This document shows positions 12,650-23,099 of a DNA stretch of 64,000 nucleotides, in pieces. The stretch comes from Eledone cirrhosa (Eukaryota). Below the pieces are notes generated by a model that had not been told where the DNA came from, did not search any database, and worked only from the letters and a program-made list of their open reading frames with translations. The position numbers and the translations under genes were made by a program. The stretch lies in contig OZ024740.1 in assembly GCA_964016885.1 (NCBI GenBank), positions 74,214,001 to 74,278,000 on the forward strand. Direction: 5' to 3'. The first letter of the stretch is position 1. Every line of letters begins with the position of its first letter.

Positions 12650-13215
12650 TGTGTGTGAAACCCGAGAAGTCCCCGACCAATCTTTTTCAAACTTTACATG
12701 TGTATTACTTATATTTCAGGGAGTATTATGCAGGGAGTATTATGCAAAAATTCAACTTTTTGATCCCCTAGAGCCTGCATTAGGTGAAAAACTGTTTTTT
12801 CCAGCTTTTTAGGGTTGTTTTAGGTGTTACGTCAGACCGATTTCGTTGAAATTGTAACTATGTATTAGTCAGTCTCTTCTTCATACCGTGAGCAAAGAAA
12901 ATCCAACTTTTTTATGGCTTAGGGTCCGCATTAGGTGAAACATTTTTTTCAGCTTTTTAGGGCATTTTTGAGGCGTTATGTGCATATTATGCACATAAAA
13001 AAAAATTATTTTCTTGATCCCCTAGGGCCCGCATTAGGTGAAAACCTGCCTTTTTCCTGCTTCATCGAGGAAAATCTTAGATTATCCAGCCATCAGAGTA
13101 TTCAGTTTATTTTCTTTACATATTGTCCAGGCATGCAGTTTTTCCACGATTAGGTCTGTTGGTGGCCTGCGTTCAAAAATACCTTATCCCGTGCAACGCC
13201 GGGTACCACTGCTAG
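11300..13215 (+). mobile_element. head-to-tail array of non-autonomous Helitron pieces
   Basis: TC starts at 11559, 12057 and 12520; hairpin plus CTAG ends at 12056 and 13215; 12057-12519 matches 27886-28349. Confidence 0.7.
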
Positions 13216-13216
13216 T

Positions 13217-13324
13217 CCAGTAGAAAAGAGGAAAGTTGTTGCAACATTGCAACAGACATAGAAGCAGAAAAGTAACAATTGCAGCTGTTTGTTCTTAGCA
13301 TCTCTCCACCTTCAACCAGTAAGT
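13217..13324 (+). other. putative non-coding first exon and splice donor of the NKY paralog
   Basis: Unique sequence ending CA|GTAAGT (donor near 13319); the next strong acceptor is the NKY-homologous ttttcAG at 14658-14659. No transcript evidence. Confidence 0.3.
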
Positions 13325-13990
13325 TAACTTTTATCTATTATTGAATTCAACTTCAGTTAAAACAAATCGAACAAACTAAATGGATGCAAGTTCTATAGTA
13401 TGTGTCTAATTTCATTCTACAATCTAACATTACATAGATAGTTAATATGATACCAAAACTTTTCTTTCAACAACTTTTCATCAAAATATCTTTTTTCAAA
13501 ATGACTTTTTTATAAAAATAACTTTTCCAAGTATAATTTTGTAAATATACTACTCTGTACGATATTTTTTGGCAACAGTCATGTAATTGCTGATTGCTTG
13601 ATGGCCCACTAGGAAAAAAGACATTACAGTTTAGTGAACATCTAACTAAAGAACATTTCATATGGTCATCATGCTATTAATGACTGAATATTTAATTATC
13701 TACTAATTCTAGCATTTAACTTATGCAAATAGACATTTTCAAATTATGTGCCTATTTTTCTTTTCTTTTGTTTTATTTTGAAAATATATTTTTGGATGTA
13801 ATTCTATTTTTATTTCATATTAAAAATTATTCTATTTTAAATATATTCTACATTTAAGTTTATTCTGTATTTAGAATTTTTTCTATAAAATAGTATATTC
13901 ATAAAATTATCCTATGAAAACTAGCTTCATTAACAGTTTAATGAAAATATGTTTTAAAGAATTATAATATGGAAAGTAATACGAGAAAAG

Positions 13991-14560
13991 TCATCATCAT
14001 CATTTTACGTTCACTTTTCCCTGCTTGCAAGGGTGGGATGGGTCCTATTCAGCAGAGCATCTCTCCACTTCGTCATCTTCTCCATGAGCTTCAGCGATCT
14101 GAGGTCTGCTCTCACCACCTCCACCCATGTTTTTCGTGGTCTTCTTCTACTGGCATTTCTTGGCACTTCTTTACCCAGCGGTCATCCTCCATGCGCATCA
14201 CATGTCCATACCATCGCAGTCTTCTCTCCCGCACACTACAACTTATCCCTCTTTTACACAGTTTCTCTCCCGCACACTACAGCTAATCCCTCTTTTACAC
14301 AGTTTCTCTCTCAACTCATCTATGCTTGGTCATTCACGTACATTGACATTACACATCCATCAGAGCATGCTTGCTTCATTTCTCTCCAGCCGTCACATAT
14401 CCTCTGCAGTTGCTGTCCATGTCTCACTACTATGCAGCATCACACATCTCACACAGGCATCATATAACTGGCCTTTCGTACGCAGGGAGAAACCCTTCTT
14501 TGTCAGCAGAGGAAGCAGCTCCCTAAACTTCTTCCAACCTGTCCTTATTCTAGATACTAT
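13991..14560 (-). mobile_element. RTE 3' fragment (short-UTR subfamily) inside the paralog intron
   Basis: (CAT)n tail, reverse translation [18 protein letters not shown]; internal tandem duplication of about 43 bp near 14225-14310. Confidence 0.85.
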
Positions 14561-14659
14561 TGCTTATATATACTATATATAAAACTATTCTATATATATA
14601 TAATGATATTTAGTCAACAACAAACAAAATAATAATTTTTTTCTTGCTCTTATTTTCAG

Positions 14660-15060
14660 TTATAAAATAATACATGAAGCCGTGTTAATAATTTTGGCCT
14701 TTTGTTGTATTGAGATGATACTGGCTTCAGAATTTGTTCATGATTTCCCTCAGCCTGCTATACATTCACATCAAAGGCAATTTATTTGTAAAAGAACAAA
14801 AAGAAGACTCGTTGAACTCTGGAAGCCACAATATATTCCATTTCTTGTAATTCAAATTCTAAGAGCATTGCCTCACAATTGGTTAAATATAAAATCATGA
14901 ATGAAAAATCTGGACATTTAAGTCACAACCAACATTGGATAACACTGTAGTTCTCTTGTTTCTTACTAATGACACATTGCTTTTAGATTTCTTATTTTCA
15001 CAATAAATTTATTGTAGCGATGCAAAAATGTGTTTGATTTTTATTATGTCTGTAAAGTCA
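14660..15060 (+). pseudogene. diverged or frameshifted tandem paralog of the NKY precursor exon
   Basis: Acceptor, ATGAAGC start, signal region (LIILAFCCIEMILA vs LIIFTFCCIGVILS), KR..WxP..YxP remnant and 3'UTR (aaaaTCTGGACATTTAAGT..CCAACATTGGATAAC..AATAAATTT) align to 481-1020. The ATG at 14674 reads MKPC-stop, out of frame with the 14682-14900 ORF. Confidence 0.75.
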
Positions 15061-15094
15061 GAATCTTGTATATTTATTTTAAATTGCAGAAGAA

Positions 15095-17410
15095 TAGTAC
15101 ATCTTGATTGAACCAAGGAGTCCTCCTGCCACCCGGCTCCACACCAAGTTTCTTTTGCGTGCAGCATTTAACAGCTGAAGCAGAAAATGCTGAGCTAAAT
15201 AGTCTCCACTCAGTCTTAACATTCTCAGTTTCTCAGGGAGTTCTCTGCTTTTGGATGCAATAATATCTGTATACCTTGTCCTGACTTCCTTATCCACCAA
15301 TGCTTCCCACTTTATCCAATAGGTCACCCTGGACCTGTCAATTTTTATTATGTCTGTAAAGTCAGAATCTTGTACTATTATAAATCGTGATCAGTTGACA
15401 GCTCAGCCCCTCTCTTGACATAAACATCCAGTACAGAATTGCAGAGATCAGAGACAATAAAAAAATCATTTATTGATCTGTCCCTGATTCCCCTCTACCA
15501 TGTATATATTTGGATGTCTCTGTGCCAGAAGAAGGTGTTCATAATAGAGAATCCATTGCTAGGACAGAAGTCTGGTAAGACCTCTCCATTCGTATTTATA
15601 TCAGGGTTGCCATTCCTTCCAATCACTCCTTTCCATATCAGGTGGTCAAAGGTACCAATGGAGCAAAGAAGGAGGCCTACAAAGTTTGGCTTGGAAAGAA
15701 GTTCTCCTCCTTGCACTTGTGGTACAAGCAGGCATGGAGAGTTGCAGCATTGACAGTAAAGGCATCCAAAGCTAAGACTTGGGATGGAAGGGCTATGGGG
15801 TTAAGCTGGAATTTGACTTCAGATCAGTAAATGAAGTGTTCTGGAAAACTATCTGCTGACTTCATAATAAGAAGTCCTCTGCCACACCTGCTATTAGGAA
15901 TGTGTCTGGGTTTCTCCTCACTTCGGAGAGGTGCATCCTTGCAAGGTGAAGAAAATTCTTTCTTAATCACCTAAACCCAATCACAACAGCATCTTCTGAT
16001 GTACATGAGGTGCATCTGGGAGTAGTCACTAATCTCTCAGAGGCTGAGGTCACAAGAGCAGTTAAAGAGCTCAAATGTCGCAGGGATGCTGGGGAAGATG
16101 AAATCCAGCCTGAGATGTTAAAAGCCTTAAATAGAGAAGGTATTCTCTGGCTGACTTAGGTGTGCCAAGTGGCCTGGATCTCTGTAAAGGCACGTAAGCA
16201 ATGGCAATCAGGAGTGATAATCCCAATTTTCAAAAGGGGAGACAAGAGAAATTGTTCCCATTAACCCCCACCCCTTCCGGTAAAGTCTATGCTAAGTGTC
16301 TGGCAAAGAGATGTAGGGAGATTGCCGAGTCCAAACTAACTGATGAACAGTGAGGTTTTCACCCCAGACACAGACGACCAAATATTCACACTGTAGTAGG
16401 TCCTCAACAAAATGCGGGAATATTGCCAACAGGTATATTCTTGCTTTGTAGACCTCGAAAAGGCATATGACTGCATTCCTTGGGACTTTCAGTGGAAGGT
16501 TCTGCAGGAGTATGGGATCAGTGGTCAGCTCCTTGTTGCTCTGATGTTTCAATATGAATGTTTGGATAAATGGTGCTAAATCGAAACTATTCAATGTGGG
16601 AGTCGGACTCCACCAAAGGTGCATTCTGTCCACTCTCCTATATATTATTTTCATGAACAGGATTGACAAGTGCAGGTGGGTTGGAAGTGGTATTATGACT
16701 GACAGGTGTAAAATCAGTAGGCTGGGATTTGCAGATGACATGATGTTACTTAACTTGACAGGTGATCTCCAACTTTCACTTGATAGGTTTGATGGCGAGT
16801 GCTGCATGGATGAAATGAAAATTGGTGTTGCGAAAACTGAGACACTCGTCCTTTCAAGGAAGTCTCCTAAGTGCACTCTACATGTGAATGAAGTTCCACT
16901 GAAGCAGATGGAGAAGTTCAACTATCTCTGGGCCATGTTCATGAGTGATGGTAGGCATGAGGCTAAATTAAGTGCAAGAATTGCAAGAGCTGGTGCAGTA
17001 ATGTGCCAGCTTCAGCATTCGGTATTCAGAAGAAGGGATGTAGCTGTATAAGCCAAGCTTGCTATATTCAATTCGGTATTCATGCCAAATTTTACCTATA
17101 GTCATGAATCTTGGATAATGACTGAAAAAATCAGATCGCATATACAGGCAGCTGAAATGGGCTTCCTCCAAAGGGCATTTTGAGTAACACTATTTGATAG
17201 TGTGTAACTTGGAGATCAGAGAGTCACTCCAGGTAGAGTTGCCACTTCTCTAAACTGAGAGATTGCTGCTCCAATACGATGGACATGTGGTTAGAATGTC
17301 TCAGGAAAGAATCACTGGACAGGTTTTTTTTAGCAAAACCAATCGACAGGAGACCCAGGGGTAGATCCTGAGCAAGATGGATGGATAACATTAATGAGCT
17401 TGGCTGGTCT
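15095..17410 (+). mobile_element. RTE LINE family B, degraded, with an inverted 5' segment (15095-15640 on the minus strand)
   Basis: The minus segment encodes APE motifs (GVIG..N.NG..FC..N..IMNTFF) through TPWFNQDV; the plus segment resumes at VVKGTNGAKKEAYK and runs through RT (FVDLEKAYD, FADD). Confidence 0.85.
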
Positions 17411-17562
17411 GAGCATTGTAAGGAAGAAAAAAAATAAGAGTGATCCTGGGGAAGGGGCAAATATATGTTGAGAAAAATTACTAAGGATGGACCTGGGATT
17501 GAATGGGTCATATCACATTCACATTTTATATATACAGGTTTCTCTTCTAGTATCATCATGAG

Positions 17563-17950
17563 ACTTCTCCAATACCTTGGTGGCACCTCTTCAGTACCTG
17601 GGTGAGTCTTCTCCAATACTAGGGTGACACCTCTTCAGAACCTGAGTGACTCCTCTTCAATACTTGGGTGAGTTCTCTTCAGTACTTAGGAGAGTCCTCT
17701 CCAGTCTCTGGGTGAGTCCTCTCCAGTACCTGGGTGAGTCTTCTCCAGTACCAGGGTGAGTCTTCTCCAGTACCTGGGTGAGTCTTCTCCAATACATGTG
17801 CAACACCTCTTCAATACCTGGGTGATTCTTCTCTAATACCTGGGTAAGTCTTCTTCAGTATCTAGGTGAGTCTTCTCTAATACCTGGGTGAGTCCTCTCC
17901 AGTATTGGTATGAGTCTTCTCCAGTACTACAGTGAGATTTCTCCAGTATG
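17563..17950. repeat. 21-bp minisatellite (CTCCAGTACCTGGGTGAGTCT-like), about 18 degenerate units
   Basis: Directly abutting units with no unique spacers. Confidence 0.85.
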
Positions 17951-18548
17951 AAAGTGGGTCCTCTATCTGGTATTATTTACTAGGGTAAATATAAATACAT
18001 ACAGATATGACACAGCTCCAGCCACATACAAAATGGCTGACTAAACAAACATGCTTTTCTCTTGTAAAAAAAACCTTTTTCTTTTTCTTCTTCTAACTGG
18101 TCAATCTTTCTAGTTCTATTTCTCATTCTATCTTCCAATGAAGGACTAATGCCTTAAACATTAAGACTCTTTCTTTATTATATCAAGCATTAAACTAATG
18201 TATATCATCCTTCTACTGTATTGTTCTCTTGCATTGTTTTTTTCTTGTTGACTTTTCACATACACACACGCATATATATATATGCATGTATATATACATA
18301 CACACACACATGCACGCGATGGGCACTGGTACAGTTTCCATCTACCAATCTACCAAATTCCACTCACAAGTTATTAGTCAACCTTAGGTTATTCTAGAAG
18401 ACACTTTTTTTATAATGCCACAAAGTAGGAACCAGATAGTTGTAATGAGAACTCCTTCATTACACAGATATGCCTGACTTATGATATGATATGTGGACAT
18501 ATTTTGATACTAAAAGCCTGTAATGTATTCTGTTGGTCTTATAGTTAA

Positions 18549-19260
18549 TTAAAATGATTTTGTTTTTATGACACTAATAGAATCCTTAAATTTTATTAGT
18601 GTCATAAAAATAAGAATGAAGTCTTTTTAATCAATTTATGGTATAAAACCAGCAAAACTTTGTAGCTTTTCAATACAAGGAATGTAAATTATGTAAATTT
18701 ATATAATTGTTTCTACTTTTGGCACAAGGCCAGCAATTATCCAGTGCATTACTGGTACTTTATTTTATCGACCCCGTAAGGATGAAAGGCAAAGTTAACC
18801 TCGGCGGGATTTGAACTCAGATCATAAAGGGCCGTAACTCTTTGCTGCAAAGCATGTCATCCGACCCTCTACCGATACTGTTAATCCACCAAATGAAAAT
18901 TATGTAAATTTATATAATATTGTATAATCACAATAATTGGGGAGGAATTAAAAAATGATGCATTTCTAAATGCTTGCAAGATTTATAGCCAGGCAATGAA
19001 AGGGGTGAAAGATAGATATAGCTATATTAAAATGATCCCGTTTTTATGACACTAATAAAATCCTTAAATTTCATTAGTGTCATAAAATAATATTAGTGTC
19101 ATAAAATAATATTGGTGCCATAAAAATAAGAATGAAGTCTTTTTAATCAATTTATGGTAGAAAACCAGCAAAACTTTGTAGCTTTTTAATACAAGGAATA
19201 TAATATTGTGTAATCACAATAATTGGGGAGGAATTAAAAAAAGAATACGTTTCTACATGT
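18549..19260. repeat. local tandem duplication of about 230 bp; the first copy is interrupted by a SINE
   Basis: 18549-18975 (minus the SINE) aligns to 19027-19260. Confidence 0.8.
18705..18890 (-). mobile_element. tRNA-derived SINE with a target-site duplication of about 21 bp
   Basis: Same family as 5775; AATTATGTAAATTTATATAAT occurs on both sides. Confidence 0.85.
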
Positions 19261-19374
19261 GTGATTTTGGCAGTTATTTATTATTTATTTAATACTAAAT
19301 TAGGATATTTATTGACAACAGAAAATAGTCCAATAACAAAATGTATAAGCTCCCATAACAGAAAAATGGGTATT

Positions 19375-19447
19375 AGCATCCATGGGAATTGAACCCACAC
19401 CTCTTATTTTCGAGATAAGTATGCTAACCAATTACACCAACCTTTCC
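19375..19447 (-). pseudogene. tRNA-like sequence (pseudo-tRNA or SINE head), anticodon loop CT-CGA-AA
   Basis: A box TGGTGTAATTGGT, anticodon stem CTTAT/ATAAG, T-arm GTGGG-TTCAATT-CCCAT; the acceptor stem does not pair. Confidence 0.55.
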
Positions 19448-19698
19448 AGTTGCTAATTCAATTCAATATTTAAATTCCAATTACCACCATCTAAACCAAG
19501 TGATTATATATATGAAAAATTCGGGACCTCAACGGCTGAGCTCCTGCCATTTCAACAGCTAGATCTGAACAGATCTACCTGTCGGAGCTCAGCCGTCGGG
19601 GTCCTAAATTTTTCATATTACCCACTCTACTACCCCAAGTATCGAGTACTCAGTGAGTAATGGTCTAACTGGTTTTTACTGCTTCCAATCTGATATAT

Positions 19699-21206
19699 AT
19701 CACCATCATCATCATTTACGTCCGCTTTTCCCTGCTTGCAAGGGTGGGACAGGTCCTATTCAGCACAGCATCTCTCCACTTGTCATGGTCCTTTGTCATC
19801 TCCAATGTGAGCTTCAGCGATCTGAGGTCTGCTCTCACCACCTCCGCCCATGTTTTTCGTGGTCTACTTCTACCACGTCTTCCTTCAACTGGCGTTTCCT
19901 GGCACTTCTTCACCCATCGGTCATCCTCCATGCGCATCACATATCCATACCATCGCAGTCTCCTCTCTTGCACACTACATTCTATCCCTCTCAGACACAG
20001 TTTCTCTCTCAACACATCCATGCTCGGTCGTTCACGCACATTGACATTGCACATCCAATGGAGCATGTTTGCCTCATTTCTCTCCAGTCATCGCATATCC
20101 TCTGCAATTTCTGCCCATGTCTCACTACCATGCAGCATCGCGCTCCTCACACAGGCATCATATAACCGAACTTTCGTATGCAGGGAGAAACCTTTCTTCG
20201 TCAACAAAGGAAGCAGCTACCTAAACTTCTTCCAGCCCGTCCTTATTCTAGATACTATGGCCTCGGAACACCCTCCTCCCATGTTAATCTGATCTCCTAG
20301 GTACCTGAAGCTATCAACCACTTCTATAGTACCCACCTGCATTTGAAAAATGTGTCTATCAATGCGACTTCTACTGTCTAATTTCCCTGTACATCTACTG
20401 CATACATATATCTCCCTACCAGTTAGTTAGCCTGCTATCCCACTACATCTCTTGTGTACCCAAGATCTGCATTGTGTGCAATTTAAAGAATTTATGCCAG
20501 TTCCTTTTCTGCATATCAAACATGGCCATTTCCCTGATGGAATCAGAGTTTTGTCCTCTTTTCTACTTATCAACACTTTTGTCTTAGCTATGTTCACTCT
20601 CAGTCCTCTTGATTCCAACAGCTGTTTCCATAGCCAGAATTTATTCTCTAGCTCCTCTACTGATTCTGCTATAAGAACCAAATCATCAGCATTGAGAAGT
20701 TTTCATGGGCAGCCAGTCTTAAACTCCTCTGTTATGGCTTGGAGGACTATAATGAACAAGAGCGGGCTGAGGACCGAACCCTGATGTACTCCTACTTGAA
20801 TCTGGAATTCCTCACTAAACTCCATTCTTACCCTCACTTTACTGACAACACCTCTGTACAAAGTTTGCACTGTCCTCACAAGCCATTCCTCAATACCTAG
20901 TTTCCTTAGGGACCACCAGATGACAGATCAGGGTACCCTATCAAAGGCTTTCTCTAGGTCAACAGAAGCTAAGTATAGTGGCTTATTCTTCTCTAAGAAC
21001 CTCTCTTGTAATTGTCTCACCAAGAAGAGGGCATCTGTTGTACTCTTCCCAGGCACAAAACCAAACTGCATCTCATCTAGTTTGACCCTTTCTCTAATTA
21101 GTTGTGCTAATATCCTTTCTGCCACTTTCATAACCTGATCCATCAGTTTTATACCCCTATAATTGCTCCTCTCCAGAGCATCCCCTTTACCTTTGTAGCA
21201 ATTTAT
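19699..21206 (-). mobile_element. RTE LINE 3' half (PHD-containing, short-UTR subfamily)
   Basis: ORFs 20928-21230, 20427-20681 and 19716-20066; nearly colinear with 45584-47191. Confidence 0.9.
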
Positions 21207-21825
21207 AAATATATATATATATAAAAACAAGAAGTGTAAGTCAACAGATTAAAATTAACTTCGTTTATTCATAGTCGCTGTTATATATATATCAGTTATA
21301 ACCATTATGCAACAGCTATGACCTCATCAGACATCTACAATTGGAACAGAAAAAAACCCCAGAAAAACATGACAATGGAATAAAGCTTACTGCTGTTATT
21401 TCAATTTTCTGATGCTCTGTGCTGAATTTTGGCTTTCTTTTTTCAAGGCACCGGTAATTAACCAACTCATACTCAAATTAATACCACATATATATCATCA
21501 TCATCATCATCATCATCGTTTAACGTCCATCTTCCACGCTTGCATGGGTTTATGTTATTGGTGACTATGTAGCGTATTGCTTATAAAAGTGAAGATAACA
21601 TTTTGTTCATTATGATAATTTGAATTTGTATCAATGCAATTTGATTTCTTGCTTGAATTTAATACATGATAAAATTATTTTCAATGCTTGACATCATTAT
21701 CAGCAGCAGCATGAAAGACATTTTCTGCACACACAGAGACAGGAATTCATATTTTTTCCTGTGAGATAACATTTAATTTATATAAGGAAATGTTTATATA
21801 GCTTGAAATTTGTGAAGAAATAGAA

Positions 21826-22320
21826 AAATAAATCCAACAAATTAAATGGATGCAAGTTCTATATTATGTCTCTAATTTCATTCTACAGTTTAATATTACA
21901 TAGATAGTTAATACAATACCAAAACCTTTCTTTCAACAACTTTTCATCAAAATGTCTTTTTTTCAAAATGACTTTTCATTGAACCAACTTTTTATTAAAT
22001 GTCTTTTTATAAAAATAACTTTTCCTAGCATAATTTTGTAAATATACTACTCTGCATGACCTTTTTTGCCGAGTGTCATGTGACTTTGGATTGCTTGATG
22101 GCCCACTAGGAAAAATGACATTACAGTTTAGTGAACAACAAACTAAAGAACATTTCAAATGGTTATCATGCTATTAATGACTGAATAATAAATTATCAGC
22201 TATTTGTAGCATTTAACTTATGAAACTGGTTCAAATCGACACTTTCAAGTTATGCATCTGTTTTGTTTTTTTTTAAATACATTTTTAGATAGTAATTTTA
22301 TTTTTGTTTTATATTTAGAA
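21826..22320 (+). repeat. duplicate of 13361-13830 (sequence from the putative intron of the NKY paralog)
   Basis: Colinear for about 480 bp, e.g. AAATGGATGCAAGTTCTAT..GATGGCCCACTAGGAAAAA..CATGCTATTAATGACTGAATA. Confidence 0.85.
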
Positions 22321-22837
22321 CTAGTGGTTCCACGCCATTGAAGTTGATTGCAATTCCCATATATATTAAATGTTATTAATTTCCATGGCTAATGCATTGA
22401 AATCCCCAACAATGTATGAATTGAAGTCAAAGAGAGGGGAGCTTTTTTAGATGGGTGGATAACTGGCTATCGGAATTCTAAATATATGTTATTAGGAAAT
22501 TAGAATCAATAATGTATTAACATACTCTCAGGTCCCAAATAATAGGGGTAGTTGGAATAAGCAGGGGGTGGGGTGGAATAAGTAAGGAAGTCGGAATAAG
22601 TGTGTGTGGGGGGGGGGGGTAATTTTTTAGGTTGTCTCCGTTGAAGTTTTTGGAAACCAGAATTAGTCATTTAATTTACATATTGAGACCCCAACCCATC
22701 CTATTTATTTTATAATGCATGGGATTTCTTGTAATGTTCTTTTTTGGTCATATGTAGGGACATATTCAAAACCAGAACTTAACGTTTTGAACATTAAGTT
22801 CTAGTTTTGAATATGTCACTATCTGTAAAACAACTTT

Positions 22838-22902
22838 TATATTTTATCTGATGAGCGCGTACCAAAATTTTGGTACCCTTGAAGTATATATAATAAAATA
22901 AA
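22838..22902 (+). ncRNA. degenerate minimal hammerhead ribozyme (Penelope pLTR type)
   Basis: Stem I TATTTTAT/ATAAAATA, CTGATGA, stem II GTACCAAA/TTTGGTAC, GAAG in place of GAAA, palindromic TATATA, TA site. Confidence 0.5.
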
Positions 22903-23007
22903 TATGGTTTTATAAAGATAGTTTTCAATTTTTGCTGGGCCGGAAACCGCTTGGTATAATCAGTTCCTGATTATTACTGGAATTCTATAAGAATCCAACA
23001 TTCATAA

Positions 23008-23099
23008 TTTTCAGCAAGCAAGGGGAGTGGTAAGCTCTGAAGAGTACCAACAGTACAAAACAGAGATCTGTCAGCTTATCTCCCTTTGTTTGCTGAAAA
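23008..23099 (+). ncRNA. type I hammerhead ribozyme-like fold with a long stem I and one core substitution
   Basis: TAAGCT-CTGAAGA-GTAC/GTAC-AAAA-CAG(AGAT)CTG-TC-AGCTTA; the flanks extend pairing (TTTTCAGCAAGCAAGGGGA / TCCCTTTGTTTGCTGAAAA). Confidence 0.6.

Noticed and set aside
13467-13661. Duplicated Cys-containing minus-strand ORF (also 21976-22158)
   Set aside because: Non-ATG start, no splice or signal features; explained by the non-coding duplication.
17563-17950. Possible CRISPR-like array
   Set aside because: The units abut directly with no unique spacers and are degenerate, in a eukaryotic context; it is a minisatellite.
19375-19447. Functional tRNA-Ser(CGA)
   Set aside because: The acceptor stem does not pair and there is no long variable arm.
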